Below, in pieces: positions 21,191-30,576 of a stretch of 64,000 bases of DNA. The notes under the pieces were generated by a model, which ran no database searches, had not been told where the DNA came from, and worked only from the letters and a program-made list of their open reading frames with translations. Numbering within the stretch: the stretch's first letter is position 1; each line of letters begins with the position of its first letter. The DNA is from Pirellulales bacterium (GTDB lineage Bacteria; Planctomycetota; Planctomycetia; Pirellulales; JAICIG01): contig DASZTS010000014.1 in NCBI GenBank assembly GCA_035547915.1, positions 53,134 to 117,133 on the forward strand, read 5' to 3'. A program made the translations under genes and the position numbers.

Positions 21191-21454
21191 CATTGTTGAT
21201 TGCCAAAGACTTCAAGTACTGGTAATACAACTGCGCGACTGGCATTACTCGCATTTGTGCTAGGGGTACAAATCTGGGGTATCTATCTTCGCAGCACCGG
21301 ACAATCTTCATTTAATCCAGTCACTTGCTTTCGCAATGTGATTCCGACCCGGGGCACCATCTATTTGGACCATGACGTTCCCAGGTGTCCGCGCAATAGA
21401 GGATGAGAGCCGATCTCCGAGTGACCGGCTCTCATAGTGGTCCAACGAGAATCG

Positions 21455-21500
21455 TTGACATGTAGCTACGAAGTGGGGTATATTTGTATACATATACCCC
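21455..21500 (+). promoter_or_regulatory. Sigma70-like promoter (TTGACA-17-GTATAT) overlapping a 26-bp GC-clamped palindrome, upstream of int
   Basis: TTGACA at 21455. Palindrome GGGGTATAT-TTGTATAC-ATATACCCC at 21475-21500. The int ATG is at 21525. Confidence 0.4.
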
Positions 21501-21524
21501 GGTTAAACGTAAAATGTACCCCAG

Positions 21525-22715
21525 ATGCCTACGTGTCTTTCAGATGCCAAAGCCCGCAATGCCAAGCCGAGACCTAAGCCATACAAGATAGCGGACGGCG
21601 ATGGGTTATTCCTCGTAATCATGCCGTCGGGCAGTAAATACTGGCGGCTCAGGTATTTCTTCGGTGGCAAGGAAAAGCTCCTGGCGTTGGGGGTCTACCC
21701 TGACATCAATCTCGCCGATGCTCGTGAACGGCGTGCGGCGGCCCGAAAGGTTCTTGCAACTGGGAGCGATCCCGCTGAAGTAAAGAAAGAGGCCAAGCGG
21801 GTCGCGACGCTCAAAACGGCCAACGCCTTTGAGGTTGTAGCCAGGGAATGGTTTGCGAAACGCAAGCACGAATGGGCGGCCATCACCGCCGACCGAGCGC
21901 TTGGTCGTCTTGAGGCATATATTCTTCCCAAGCTGGGACAGAGACCGATTGCGGACATTACGCCACCTGAAGTCCTTGCTATGCTTCGAGCAGTTGAGGA
22001 CAGAGGCACGTTGGAGACTGCACATCGCCTCATGAACATTTGCAGCCAAATCTTCATGTATGCAATCGCCACCGGTCGAGCTGAACGTAACCCTGTTCCT
22101 GATCTGCGCGGTGCGTTAAAAACTCCTGTTGTGAAACATCGTTCATACCTAAAGGAAGCCGAACTACCAGAATACCTGAAGAAGCTCGGTGTCTACGATG
22201 GTAGTCCGCAAACGAAGCTGGCGCTGCGATTGCTCTTGCTGAGCTTCGTTCGCACGACCGAGTTGCGAGCAGCACAATGGAGCGAGATTGATTGGGACAA
22301 GGCGGAGTGGCGAGTTCCGGCCGAGCGAATGAAGATGAAGGAGTTGCATATCGTTCCATTGTCGAAGCAAGCACTCGCTGTTCTCAGGGAATTGCAGAAG
22401 CTGTCTGGCGATCGGATGTATGTTTTTCCGAATGAACATACCCCCAGCACCTTCATGAGCGAAAACACGATGCTGTACGCGCTTTATCGCATGGGTTATC
22501 ATTCCCGTGCTACCGGACACGGTTTTCGCAGCACGGCCAGTACGATCCTGAATGAACACGGGTTTCGGCCGGATGTAATCGAACGGCAGCTTGCCCATAG
22601 TGAGCAGAACTCCGTGCGGGCTGCCTACAATCATGCTCAATACCTGCCGGAACGCCGAAAGATGATGCAATGGTGGGCCGACTATCTTGATAAAGCTGCC
22701 AAGAAGAAGAAATAG
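21525..22715 (+). CDS. int: Tyrosine integrase (P4-type, DUF4102 arm-binding N-terminal domain)
   Basis: N-terminus KPYKIADGDGLFLVIMPSGSKYWRLRYFFGGKEKLLALGVYP. C-terminal catalytic R...HxxR...Y (HGFRSTASTILNE...AAYNHAQY). Confidence 0.9.
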   Translation: MPTCLSDAKARNAKPRPKPYKIADGDGLFLVIMPSGSKYWRLRYFFGGKEKLLALGVYPDINLADARERRAAARKVLATGSDPAEVKKEAKRVATLKTANAFEVVAREWFAKRKHEWAAITADRALGRLEAYILPKLGQRPIADITPPEVLAMLRAVEDRGTLETAHRLMNICSQIFMYAIATGRAERNPVPDLRGALKTPVVKHRSYLKEAELPEYLKKLGVYDGSPQTKLALRLLLLSFVRTTELRAAQWSEIDWDKAEWRVPAERMKMKELHIVPLSKQALAVLRELQKLSGDRMYVFPNEHTPSTFMSENTMLYALYRMGYHSRATGHGFRSTASTILNEHGFRPDVIERQLAHSEQNSVRAAYNHAQYLPERRKMMQWWADYLDKAAKKKK

Positions 22716-22745
22716 CTGTCGATGCGGGGACCGTCCTGTTCCCGA

Positions 22746-22979
22746 TCAGTGAGGCCGCCAACGGGTAGATGCCCGTGGATCGTGGAATTCCTCCACCGCC
22801 ATCTCCGCCCAGGCACTGTAGAGTGTCCGGATGCCGGCATCGCTCTGATCGACTTGCCGTGCGAGGCAGCAGACCAGGTGCTGCACAATAGTGGCGTGCG
22901 CCTTGATCCGCCTTTCCAGTTCGTCAGGGCTCTTGCACTTCGCCAGCATCCATGCCATTACGACATCAGCCTCGTCCAT
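22746..22979 (-). CDS. Hypothetical protein
   Basis: ORF downstream of 22966-23529. The 5' end of the listed ORF overlaps its neighbour, so a shorter version starting at an internal Met is likelier. Confidence 0.3.
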   Translation of the reverse strand: MDEADVVMAWMLAKCKSPDELERRIKAHATIVQHLVCCLARQVDQSDAGIRTLYSAWAEMAVEEFHDPRASTRWRPH

Positions 22980-23529
22980 GACCATCCTCCATTCCGACTG
23001 TTCCCCGCAAGAACCCCGGAGCCTTCTTGCTAAGCCACTCCCTGATTGCCTGATGTGACTCAAATTCCGCGACTTCAATGCTGTCGATCGTCGGGCCGTT
23101 TTCGCCCACCCTGCTGATTTCGTCGTCACTCATTTCACGGATGAACAGCACTCGGTGACGCTGTAACCCGGCGTGCGTCAGGTTGATCGCTCCTTCGTTC
23201 AGTGGCTTGGCGAGGTTGCTGCCTCTGATGAGGACGACATACACGACGGCCGAATTGAACGTGAGCAGCAAGCCCTCCGAGGGATCGTATTTCCACGGCC
23301 CCATGATGGAGTATGGAAACCACATGCTCCCGCCGTTCCTGAAACGAAGCTCCAGCGCCGCCGACTGGTCCCGCAATCCCCGCAGGTAGCCAAATGCCAA
23401 CGACGACGCTTCTCCTTCGTCGGTGTCCGCGTCTTTCGACTGCAATATCCCACTCAGGCCCGGCGGGGCTCCCCCGCGTTTAAGGCGATCCTGTATGAGA
23501 CGATCCTGATGTGTGGTGTCATCCGGCAT
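22966..23529 (-). CDS. Hypothetical protein
   Basis: 187-aa ORF coupled (overlap) to the relaxase gene stop. No recognised motif. Confidence 0.45.
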   Translation of the reverse strand: MPDDTTHQDRLIQDRLKRGGAPPGLSGILQSKDADTDEGEASSLAFGYLRGLRDQSAALELRFRNGGSMWFPYSIMGPWKYDPSEGLLLTFNSAVVYVVLIRGSNLAKPLNEGAINLTHAGLQRHRVLFIREMSDDEISRVGENGPTIDSIEVAEFESHQAIREWLSKKAPGFLRGTVGMEDGHGRG

Positions 23530-26185
23530 GGTCCAATCCTCGATCCGGGGTTAAATCCTTCCCCGCTCCGAATACCGACAGTCCGCGTTCAATCGCCAGC
23601 CGCTTCAGCCGGTCTCGCAGATTCGCCTGCCGGGGTGCGGTTTCTGCAAGTTCGGTCGCCGACATCGGCTGGTCGGTCCGGCTGATTGCCTTGAGCAGCC
23701 CGAGATGGTCATCGGTGTACACCACCGCCTGCTCTTTGCCGCGTGTGAGCGCCACATAGGCGGTTCGCTGGTTGGTCGCGGGCAGCGATTCGCTGCCGAT
23801 GGCGACGAACACCTTATCCACCGTCGCCCCCTGACTGGCATGGCTCGTCGTGCAGTAGCCGTGCGTCAAATGCCCGAAATCCTTATCAATGATCCAGCCG
23901 TGATCGACGATGATGTCGCCACGTTTCGTAAAACCGTGGACGCTGAACAACGAGCCGTTGCTCAGGCGGTGCTTGCCGTCTCTGGTTTTGCCACCCGCCG
24001 TAATGCGGATACGGTCGCCTGCCGCCAGCGGCAACGCGACTGGCCGGTACACCTCGAACCGATCGGCAAGTTTCGTCGGTATTTCAGCCCCTTCGCTCAC
24101 CATCAGCCGCGATCCTTTGGTGTAGCCCGGTGAATTCTGCTGGAACTGGAGCAGGTAACCGGGCTCGTATTCGGTGGCGTCGGCTTTCTGTGCGTCGGTC
24201 AGGTGCGCCGGCACCCAGGCACCGACCATCCGCTCCTTGCCTAGCCGACCTTGACCGGCCAGCCCGGCACGGACTGCCGCCGTAACGCGGTCGCCTTCGA
24301 CGTGCGTTGGCGAAACGACCAGTGCCGACTTGTAATCTCCGTTCTTCTTCTTTTCGGAAGCGGCCGACAGGTACGCATCGGCAAGTGTCTGGTAGCGGTC
24401 TTTATCCGCTACCTGCCTGATCCAGCCGAGCTTATCGAGTTCATCGAATGCTTCCACGGCCCGGCCTTCGCTCAATAGTTTTGCAGCCTTTTTGTAATCG
24501 CCCTGCTGCCGCAGGATTTCAGTCATCTCAGCCACACGCAGGCCCGCATTGTCTTCGAGCAGCCGCAACGGTTCGCCTGCCGTCACACTCCGGTGCTGCC
24601 GGCGGTCGCCGACCAGCACCACGCGGGCCTTCAAGTCTTCGGCCACGTCAAACAGCTTGAGCATTTCCTTTGTCCCAAGCTGGCTGGCTTCATCCACCAG
24701 CAGCACGCCGCCCCGCGCAGATTCCTGCATCTCCTTGTCCTTGAGGAAGCGGGCCACGGTGTCGGCATCCTTGAACCCGGCTTCGTTTCGCAGCACTTCG
24801 CGGCTGGCTTTCACGGACTGCGCCATCGCCACCACCGGCTTGCCGGCTTCGGCCAGTGCCTCGCCGATTTCCTGTTCGAGCGTCGTCTTTCCGGTTCCGG
24901 CGACGCCGCGAATCAGAGTTACGCGGTCGCGGGAGCCCAGCACATGCCGCACCGCTGCTTTCTGGTCGTCGTTCAGCCATTCGCGGGAGAATGGACGCTC
25001 CGGGTTGCCAAGCGGCCGGAAGCGGCCGCGTCCATCGCGGGCGAATGCGATCAATTGCGATTCCATGTCCCGCATGAGCTTCGTGGTCGCCATCTTGCGG
25101 CCATCGACATCCTTGCGAATGAGCGGCCGGCTGGCGACTTCACGGGTTACGTCTTCCACGGTCACGCCGCCCAGGCCCCGCTTCAGGGCTTCTGTCACCA
25201 GCGCGCGTTCCGGCACCACCGCCTCACGCACGTAACTGTGCTCGATCGCATGGTCCACCGCTCCCGCTTCGCCATGCACCAGCCGGACATCGACACGCTC
25301 ACGGCGATGGACCGATGCCAGTACCTGCCGTTCCGGCTCCGTGAGTCGCCCGTTCCATTCCTTGCGAAGCTCTTCCCAGCCAAGCGGCTTGCCTTTCTTT
25401 TCACGGGTTTCGGCCCCAAGCTCGGCCTTGCGGTCAGGATTAGTGATCCCTTTTTCCGCTGCCACCTTCTCGATGAGCGTCGTTCGCCGCGAATAGCGTT
25501 GCAGCACATCCTTCGGGATTCCCGCGATCTCAAAGTCGTCGCGTTTCCGCTCGACGCCGAAGCCCAAATCCTGAAGCTTGTTGGCCAGCCGCACGCGGAA
25601 TGCCGCCTGAAAATACGGGGCATCCCGCTTCAGTTCGCGGAACTGGCCGGCTTTCCACCGTTCTTCCCGCTGGTCCCACGTGGTATTGAAGGCGAATACG
25701 TGGGCGTGCAACTGCGGATCGGGCACGCCATCGACCGGCCGCGTTGTCGTGTGGATGAATTCGGCCCACACCATGTTGCCGGTCGTGCGGTCCTTATCCT
25801 GCCCGGCCCTGCGGACGCGGGTTTTCATTTCGCTTTCAATCTCGGTCATCGTGTCATTGACCGCACCACGAAAGGCATCCATGATTCCCTGATCGCCGCT
25901 CATGGCGTAAAGCACCGACACCGACTTGGGCACGGAGAAGGTGAAGTCGTACCCGACCGTCCGATCCGTGCGCGTCCTGACCGTGAGTTGCTTACCGGTC
26001 CTTGGATCGAGATTGTCGCAGAGCCGCTCGAAGGAGAATTTGTCTACGGTGCCTTCCAGTCCCAGACGCGACGCGGCTTTTCCACCCCAGGAGCCGACAA
26101 TCTCCTGCCCTTCGCTGTAGTAATCTGCCGTGGTGTAGTATTGCTTGGCAGCCCCGGCACTATCCTGTTGCGTGATGCGGATCAT
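23519..26185 (-). CDS. MobF-family relaxase / TrwC-TraI-like relaxase-helicase
   Basis: N-terminal TrwC relaxase motifs (MIRITQQDSAGAAKQYYTTADYY, HAHVFAFN). C-terminal P-loop helicase (LIRGVAGTGKTT, VLVDEASQL, VGDRRQ). Confidence 0.9.
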   Translation of the reverse strand: MIRITQQDSAGAAKQYYTTADYYSEGQEIVGSWGGKAASRLGLEGTVDKFSFERLCDNLDPRTGKQLTVRTRTDRTVGYDFTFSVPKSVSVLYAMSGDQGIMDAFRGAVNDTMTEIESEMKTRVRRAGQDKDRTTGNMVWAEFIHTTTRPVDGVPDPQLHAHVFAFNTTWDQREERWKAGQFRELKRDAPYFQAAFRVRLANKLQDLGFGVERKRDDFEIAGIPKDVLQRYSRRTTLIEKVAAEKGITNPDRKAELGAETREKKGKPLGWEELRKEWNGRLTEPERQVLASVHRRERVDVRLVHGEAGAVDHAIEHSYVREAVVPERALVTEALKRGLGGVTVEDVTREVASRPLIRKDVDGRKMATTKLMRDMESQLIAFARDGRGRFRPLGNPERPFSREWLNDDQKAAVRHVLGSRDRVTLIRGVAGTGKTTLEQEIGEALAEAGKPVVAMAQSVKASREVLRNEAGFKDADTVARFLKDKEMQESARGGVLLVDEASQLGTKEMLKLFDVAEDLKARVVLVGDRRQHRSVTAGEPLRLLEDNAGLRVAEMTEILRQQGDYKKAAKLLSEGRAVEAFDELDKLGWIRQVADKDRYQTLADAYLSAASEKKKNGDYKSALVVSPTHVEGDRVTAAVRAGLAGQGRLGKERMVGAWVPAHLTDAQKADATEYEPGYLLQFQQNSPGYTKGSRLMVSEGAEIPTKLADRFEVYRPVALPLAAGDRIRITAGGKTRDGKHRLSNGSLFSVHGFTKRGDIIVDHGWIIDKDFGHLTHGYCTTSHASQGATVDKVFVAIGSESLPATNQRTAYVALTRGKEQAVVYTDDHLGLLKAISRTDQPMSATELAETAPRQANLRDRLKRLAIERGLSVFGAGKDLTPDRGLDHAG

Positions 26186-26260
26186 GCCTCATTTTACCGT
26201 ATCACATTAACGTTAACGAAATGTTAACGCTTTTGTGCTCCACCGCAGTTTTCCTTGCTT
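26186..26260. other. Candidate oriT (AT-rich region with reiterated TTAACG/GTTAAC palindromes immediately upstream of relaxase gene)
   Basis: Sequence ATTAACGTTAACGAAATGTTAACGC at 26206-26230 in an otherwise GC-rich context. Confidence 0.35.
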
Positions 26261-26320
26261 TGCGAGGATTCGATTTCCTAAATATCACCGGCGCGCCACC
26301 GCAACGTCACACCTACGCCG

Positions 26321-26405
26321 CGCGTCCGGTTACACAGCGTGCCGCTTACTTCAACGGCCTTTTGCGTCGCCGCTGGACACTTAGGTACGCCCACGTTCGC
26401 CTTTC
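26321..26405 (+). repeat. 85-bp direct repeat, copy 1 (flanks oxygenase-like cassette)
   Basis: GCGTCCGGTTACACAGCGTGCCGCTTACTTCAACGGCCTTTTGCGTCGCCGCTGGACACTTAGGTACGCCCACGTTCGC is ~92% identical to 27341-27425. Confidence 0.8.
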
Positions 26406-26583
26406 ACTGGATCACTCACTCCATCAGCACCATTACCCTTCTTACAGCACATACCATCCAGTTGAGATTCGTTCGCAACTCCGTCCATACACCGTGTCTT
26501 GCCGCTTTACTCTTTGCTGGCCCTCTGCTATAGCACCTTCGTTTGTCAATAATCCGTGCCACCTCATGCAAGCACACACGACT

Positions 26584-27330
26584 ATGGATCACATGAACTT
26601 TGCTCATGCTCGTTTCGATTACGAGCCTTATCCTATCTGCTATATCCCTGACTTTCTCAGCCCTGCGGACTACGAAGCGTTGGCCGACACCTATCCGTCG
26701 CTCGACAGCTTCAACCATAAGCCGATGCTTGGAGACAAGTATTCCCTCGCTGAGGGGAACAACGCCGACTTTTACTTCCGTTTCCTCCACGACAATCCAT
26801 GCTGGCTGGAATTCTATAACCGCATAAAAAGCAAGGCGTTTGTCGAAGAAGTCCTCACCCTATTGAAGAACAATTACATCGACTTGGGAATCGGTGACTT
26901 TAGACTTACACGCAGTACCAGTGGGGGTTGGAGTGATTTGTTGGCCCGTGCTTTTACAACGAATACCCTACGCACGCGATTTGAGTTTTCAATCATGTCG
27001 GCCGACGGCGGCCACATCCTGCCGCATACCGACGCTGAAGCAAAGCTTGTGACCATCGTTGTATCGTTCATCAGGGGTGGAGAATGGCAAAGCGAATGGG
27101 GAGGGGGCACGGACGTCTTGACACCCGCGGACCCGACCAGCGTGTTTGCCAGAGCGAATCGTCGTTTGCCTTTTGACAAAATGCGGGTTTCTAGGACATT
27201 ACCGTTCGCCCCAAATCAGGCCGTGCTCTTTGTCAAGACATACAACTCCTGGCATGCTGTTTCGCCAATGCACGGCCCGCCTAATGCGGTCAGAAAGACC
27301 GTCACGATCAACATCGAACGCCTGATGTGA
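26584..27330 (+). CDS. Putative 2OG-Fe(II) oxygenase-fold protein
   Basis: HxD...H-like arrangement (ILPHTDAEAK ... SWHAVSP). Lower GC than its surroundings. The upstream part of the listed ORF 26221-27330 covers the repeat and is probably not coding. Confidence 0.45.
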   Translation: MDHMNFAHARFDYEPYPICYIPDFLSPADYEALADTYPSLDSFNHKPMLGDKYSLAEGNNADFYFRFLHDNPCWLEFYNRIKSKAFVEEVLTLLKNNYIDLGIGDFRLTRSTSGGWSDLLARAFTTNTLRTRFEFSIMSADGGHILPHTDAEAKLVTIVVSFIRGGEWQSEWGGGTDVLTPADPTSVFARANRRLPFDKMRVSRTLPFAPNQAVLFVKTYNSWHAVSPMHGPPNAVRKTVTINIERLM

Positions 27331-27340
27331 CGCCTACCAG

Positions 27341-27425
27341 CGCACTGTCGATGTCCGCCATGCGTCCGGTTACAAATCGTGCCGCTTTCTTCAACGGCCT
27401 TTTGCGTCGCCGCTGGACACTTTGG
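27341..27425 (+). repeat. 85-bp direct repeat, copy 2
   Basis: See copy 1. Confidence 0.8.
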
Positions 27426-27698
27426 TACGTCCACGTTCGCTTCGGATCGAACCACTGTCAGCGTTTCATCGCGTGAGCAGTTTCTTCCACGCCCATGAAT
27501 TCCTGCTGGCTGCATGTAATGTAAACGATGACGCTTTCTGCGTTGCCGACGCCTTTCCGGTTTCCCATTGTCGTTACTGAGCTTGCAGGACTGGATTTCA
27601 CCATGCTGGTCACATGGCGTCATGCCTTCTTCGGGCTTTAAGCCGTCCGGGACACACGCGGCCTCACTTCGGGACTCTTAAAGCCGCCGCCGGTCCGC

Positions 27699-27749
27699 GC
27701 AAGCAGAAAATCGGTTCCCCCTGAAGGTCTCCCCCAATTTTCCGCTTGC
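27699..27749 (+). promoter_or_regulatory. Conserved hairpin element, copy A (12-bp stem, 27-nt loop TCGGTTCCCCCTGAAGGTCTCCCCCAA)
   Basis: Stem GCAAGCAGAAAA / TTTTCCGCTTGC. Lies ~100 bp upstream of the ATG at 27848. Second copy at 31693-31743 has compensatory stem changes. Confidence 0.6.
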
Positions 27750-27847
27750 CCGGTACGCATGCGCCCCGGACTCAAGCGGCTTTTTCTGTGCAGTCCCGTA
27801 AGGCCGCGATGGTCGCGGCCGGAAACTTAAATCAGAAGGAGAACACC

Positions 27848-28108
27848 ATGTCACAACCAGCACACAAAATCCGTACCGGCGTCCTGCAAGTCACGATCTG
27901 GAGAAACCACGGCGAAAGAGGCAACTGGTACAGCGTCATACCGAGCCGCAGCTACAAGCAGGAGGACGCATGGAAGGAAACCGACAGTCTCGGTTTCGAT
28001 GACCTGCTGACAATGGCCAAACTATTTGACCTCGCTCACACGTGGATCATGCACCAGCAGCAGGCCGACGCCAAGGGCCGTAAGGAAGCGGCGAAGGCTG
28101 CCGCCTGA
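27848..28108 (+). CDS. Hypothetical protein
   Basis: RBS AAGGAGA then ATG. 86 aa. Confidence 0.45.
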   Translation: MSQPAHKIRTGVLQVTIWRNHGERGNWYSVIPSRSYKQEDAWKETDSLGFDDLLTMAKLFDLAHTWIMHQQQADAKGRKEAAKAAA

Positions 28109-28176
28109 GCCGGACGCCGGCGGGCTACGGCCCGCCGGTTCCATTTTAAATCAACCATTCAGAAAGGAATGTCAAA

Positions 28177-28590
28177 ATGAACACGTTCAACGATCGTTTA
28201 CCCGCCCGCTTTGATGATTATGAAATCCAGCCGTGCCGCCGCTACATCGACGCGGACGAGCCTGAGCTGTCCTTCGTCGAACCGTGCGAAGCCGTCGAGG
28301 CGGATTTCTGGACGCTTTACGGCCACGTCAACGGCGAGGGCGCTCACGCCATCGGCGATTTCCACGACCGCAAGCACGCCGAGGAAGTCTACGCCCGGAT
28401 TACCGGGCTGGAGTTCACCGGCTCCGGAAAGGCCGACGCTCACCTTCGCGTCATGCACGCCGGGCCGAAATTGCTGGAAACCCTGATCGCGGCATCCGAC
28501 TGGATCAATGCCCAGCTTGGAAAACGCCGCACTGACATACAGGCAATGGTGCAGCAGGCCATCGCCGAAGCGACCGGGAGGGCAGCATGA
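28177..28590 (+). CDS. Hypothetical protein
   Basis: RBS AAAGGAA then ATG. 137 aa. Coupled to the next ORF. Confidence 0.5.
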   Translation: MNTFNDRLPARFDDYEIQPCRRYIDADEPELSFVEPCEAVEADFWTLYGHVNGEGAHAIGDFHDRKHAEEVYARITGLEFTGSGKADAHLRVMHAGPKLLETLIAASDWINAQLGKRRTDIQAMVQQAIAEATGRAA

Positions 28591-29018
28591 CGAACGCAAA
28601 CTGCCTCGAAGGCATCCGCTGCCCGGCGTGCGGGCAGCAGGATCGTTTCAAAATCACTGCCCTCATCACCTGCCTTGTCACTGACAATGGCAGTGAGCCG
28701 GTTGGCGATCACGAATGGGACGACGACAGCAGCACCCATTGCCCGGAGTGTGGGTTCGATGGGAAGCTGAAATGCTTTCGCAAACGAAACCGATTGCCGC
28801 CCGACCCGGAGAACATGAACGGCAGCCGCGCCGCATGGGCGGCAGTTGCCCTGCGGGCTTTCATGGAAGTGACCAGAACCGACGAGGAAGACGCCCTCGG
28901 CGACCTGCTGGCCGACCTGATGCACTGGGCCGACCGAAACAACTTTGACTTCGAGTTGGCATTTGACCGTGCCCGCTGGCATTATGAGGCCGAGACCGGT
29001 GGACCACAGCCCGCCTAA
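28587..29018 (+). CDS. Hypothetical Zn-ribbon protein
   Basis: CPACGQQ...CPECGF cysteine pairs. ATGA overlap with the upstream ORF. Confidence 0.5.
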   Translation: MTNANCLEGIRCPACGQQDRFKITALITCLVTDNGSEPVGDHEWDDDSSTHCPECGFDGKLKCFRKRNRLPPDPENMNGSRAAWAAVALRAFMEVTRTDEEDALGDLLADLMHWADRNNFDFELAFDRARWHYEAETGGPQPA

Positions 29019-29149
29019 TTCACGGCCTTGCCGGGGCCTGCCGCGCAGGCCCCGGCGACCGCGACAAGTTTGATTGACTCGCTCCGGCCTTGGGTCTATA
29101 TCCATCGAGAGTGCCACGTCCGCCACCCGACGTGTGCCGACTGCCAAGG

Positions 29150-29377
29150 ATGCCGTACAGAATCAACATCGGCGACATGATCGCCTACACCGACACGTTC
29201 CTCGACCGCCAAAGCCGATACCACCCTGACATGCTCTCCGCACAGGGGAAAGTAACGGCGCTGCACCACCTCAATAGCGGCCAAATCCTGGCTGACATCG
29301 AATGGGACAAGCCCGGCCTCCCAAAGCGGGTCAACATCAAGTTTCTCATCAAAAAGAACGCTGCCTACGGAACATGA
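29150..29377 (+). CDS. Hypothetical protein
   Basis: ORF only. Confidence 0.3.
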   Translation: MPYRINIGDMIAYTDTFLDRQSRYHPDMLSAQGKVTALHHLNSGQILADIEWDKPGLPKRVNIKFLIKKNAAYGT

Positions 29378-30172
29378 CCGTTTATCCCTGCCAGTGGTTC
29401 CTTTTGTTCCAATCCAACCACCCTTCGTCCAACTGACCGAGCCTATGGGCACATCGCCATCCCGGCGACCACGTGCTCACGGGCTGCGCTCCGCTCCGGT
29501 CCTCTGCGAGGGACGGCTGTTGCCCCCTTACGCCCGTTTGTGCTGCGGCCGGCCGGCCTGATGCGGACACCTACGGTGCCGACGTTTTTTGACGGATGAC
29601 AGGGGAGCATCCCCAGCCCGTCAAGGACCGGGGCAAGCGACCGTTCGCGGCCCCCTCCCAACCTTCCGCGCTCGTGCCTCGCTTGTGCAGGTCGGTGCCC
29701 TCCGCTCCGGTCGTCCTATGACTGGCTCCCCCCTTTCACATCACGGGCTTTCGCCCCCCTTCCGCCGAAAAACGCTGTTCGCGTTTGCGTAAGGGGCCAT
29801 TCCAATCAAAGGCCCCGGAACATGCCGCCGCTCGTTGGCGGCTCCAGATACCAGCCCCGAACTGGCCCCCAGCCGATCGGCTGCATTATCACGCTATCCC
29901 CACGCGACCGCCGTAGCTGGCGGACGGCGGTTGGCCCGACCGGAGGCCACTGCATCCGGGAGGGATCGCGTCCTCCGCCACCCCATGCCTCACCGGCCTG
30001 TTTGCACCCTAATTCCATCACAACAGACGTGAGGTTCCTTCACAGGTTTTTGGTATGTTCCTAAAAAGTTTTTCCATCAGGCGTCTTCCCTATGCACAGC
30101 ATAGGCCCACTGGAACGGTTCCAGCCGGGAAGACGCCTTCATGCACGGCATTATTTGCCGGGCTCCGTGTGC

Positions 30173-30376
30173 TTAAGCGGGGCCTGCGAATATCCGCTTC
30201 CAGGCCCAGCACGCAAGAGCGCCGACAACGATGCCGACCACCATCCCGCCATTCAGAACGCCCCAGGCGTTGCCCAGCGGCGGGAAGAACGCCCAGCCGT
30301 AGTTGAGCGCCCCCAGCACTGCCAGGATAATCACCAGGCCGGCATCCCCTGCCTTCACACTGCCGATGCCCCTCAT
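30173..30376 (-). CDS. Small membrane protein
   Basis: 67 aa with two TM helices. ATGA-coupled to 30376-30576. Confidence 0.3.
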   Translation of the reverse strand: MRGIGSVKAGDAGLVIILAVLGALNYGWAFFPPLGNAWGVLNGGMVVGIVVGALACWAWKRIFAGPA

Positions 30377-30576
30377 CAGTGAAGTTTCCCCTGCTTCGCG
30401 TGCTGAAGGTCGTCAATGGCCGCACCAACGGACAGCCATACGGCAGCCCCTTTAACGTCGTCCCTTTGCCTAAGCTCGTTCATCTTCTGCCAGGCAAAGT
30501 CTGCGGCCTCAGTCCCAAACACCTGTATGAGCAGGTTTGCGGCACCGTACCTGTTTATGCGTCTGTAGCTATCCAT
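30376..30576 (-). CDS. Hypothetical small protein
   Basis: 66-aa ORF coupled to the downstream membrane protein. Confidence 0.3.
   Translation of the reverse strand: MDSYRRINRYGAANLLIQVFGTEAADFAWQKMNELRQRDDVKGAAVWLSVGAAIDDLQHAKQGKLH

Noticed and set aside
26221-26583. 5' extension of the oxygenase-like ORF (listed as 26221-27330)
   Set aside because: The extension covers the 85-bp direct repeat and has low-complexity His/Tyr/Ser-rich translation. The Met at 26584 begins the conserved part.
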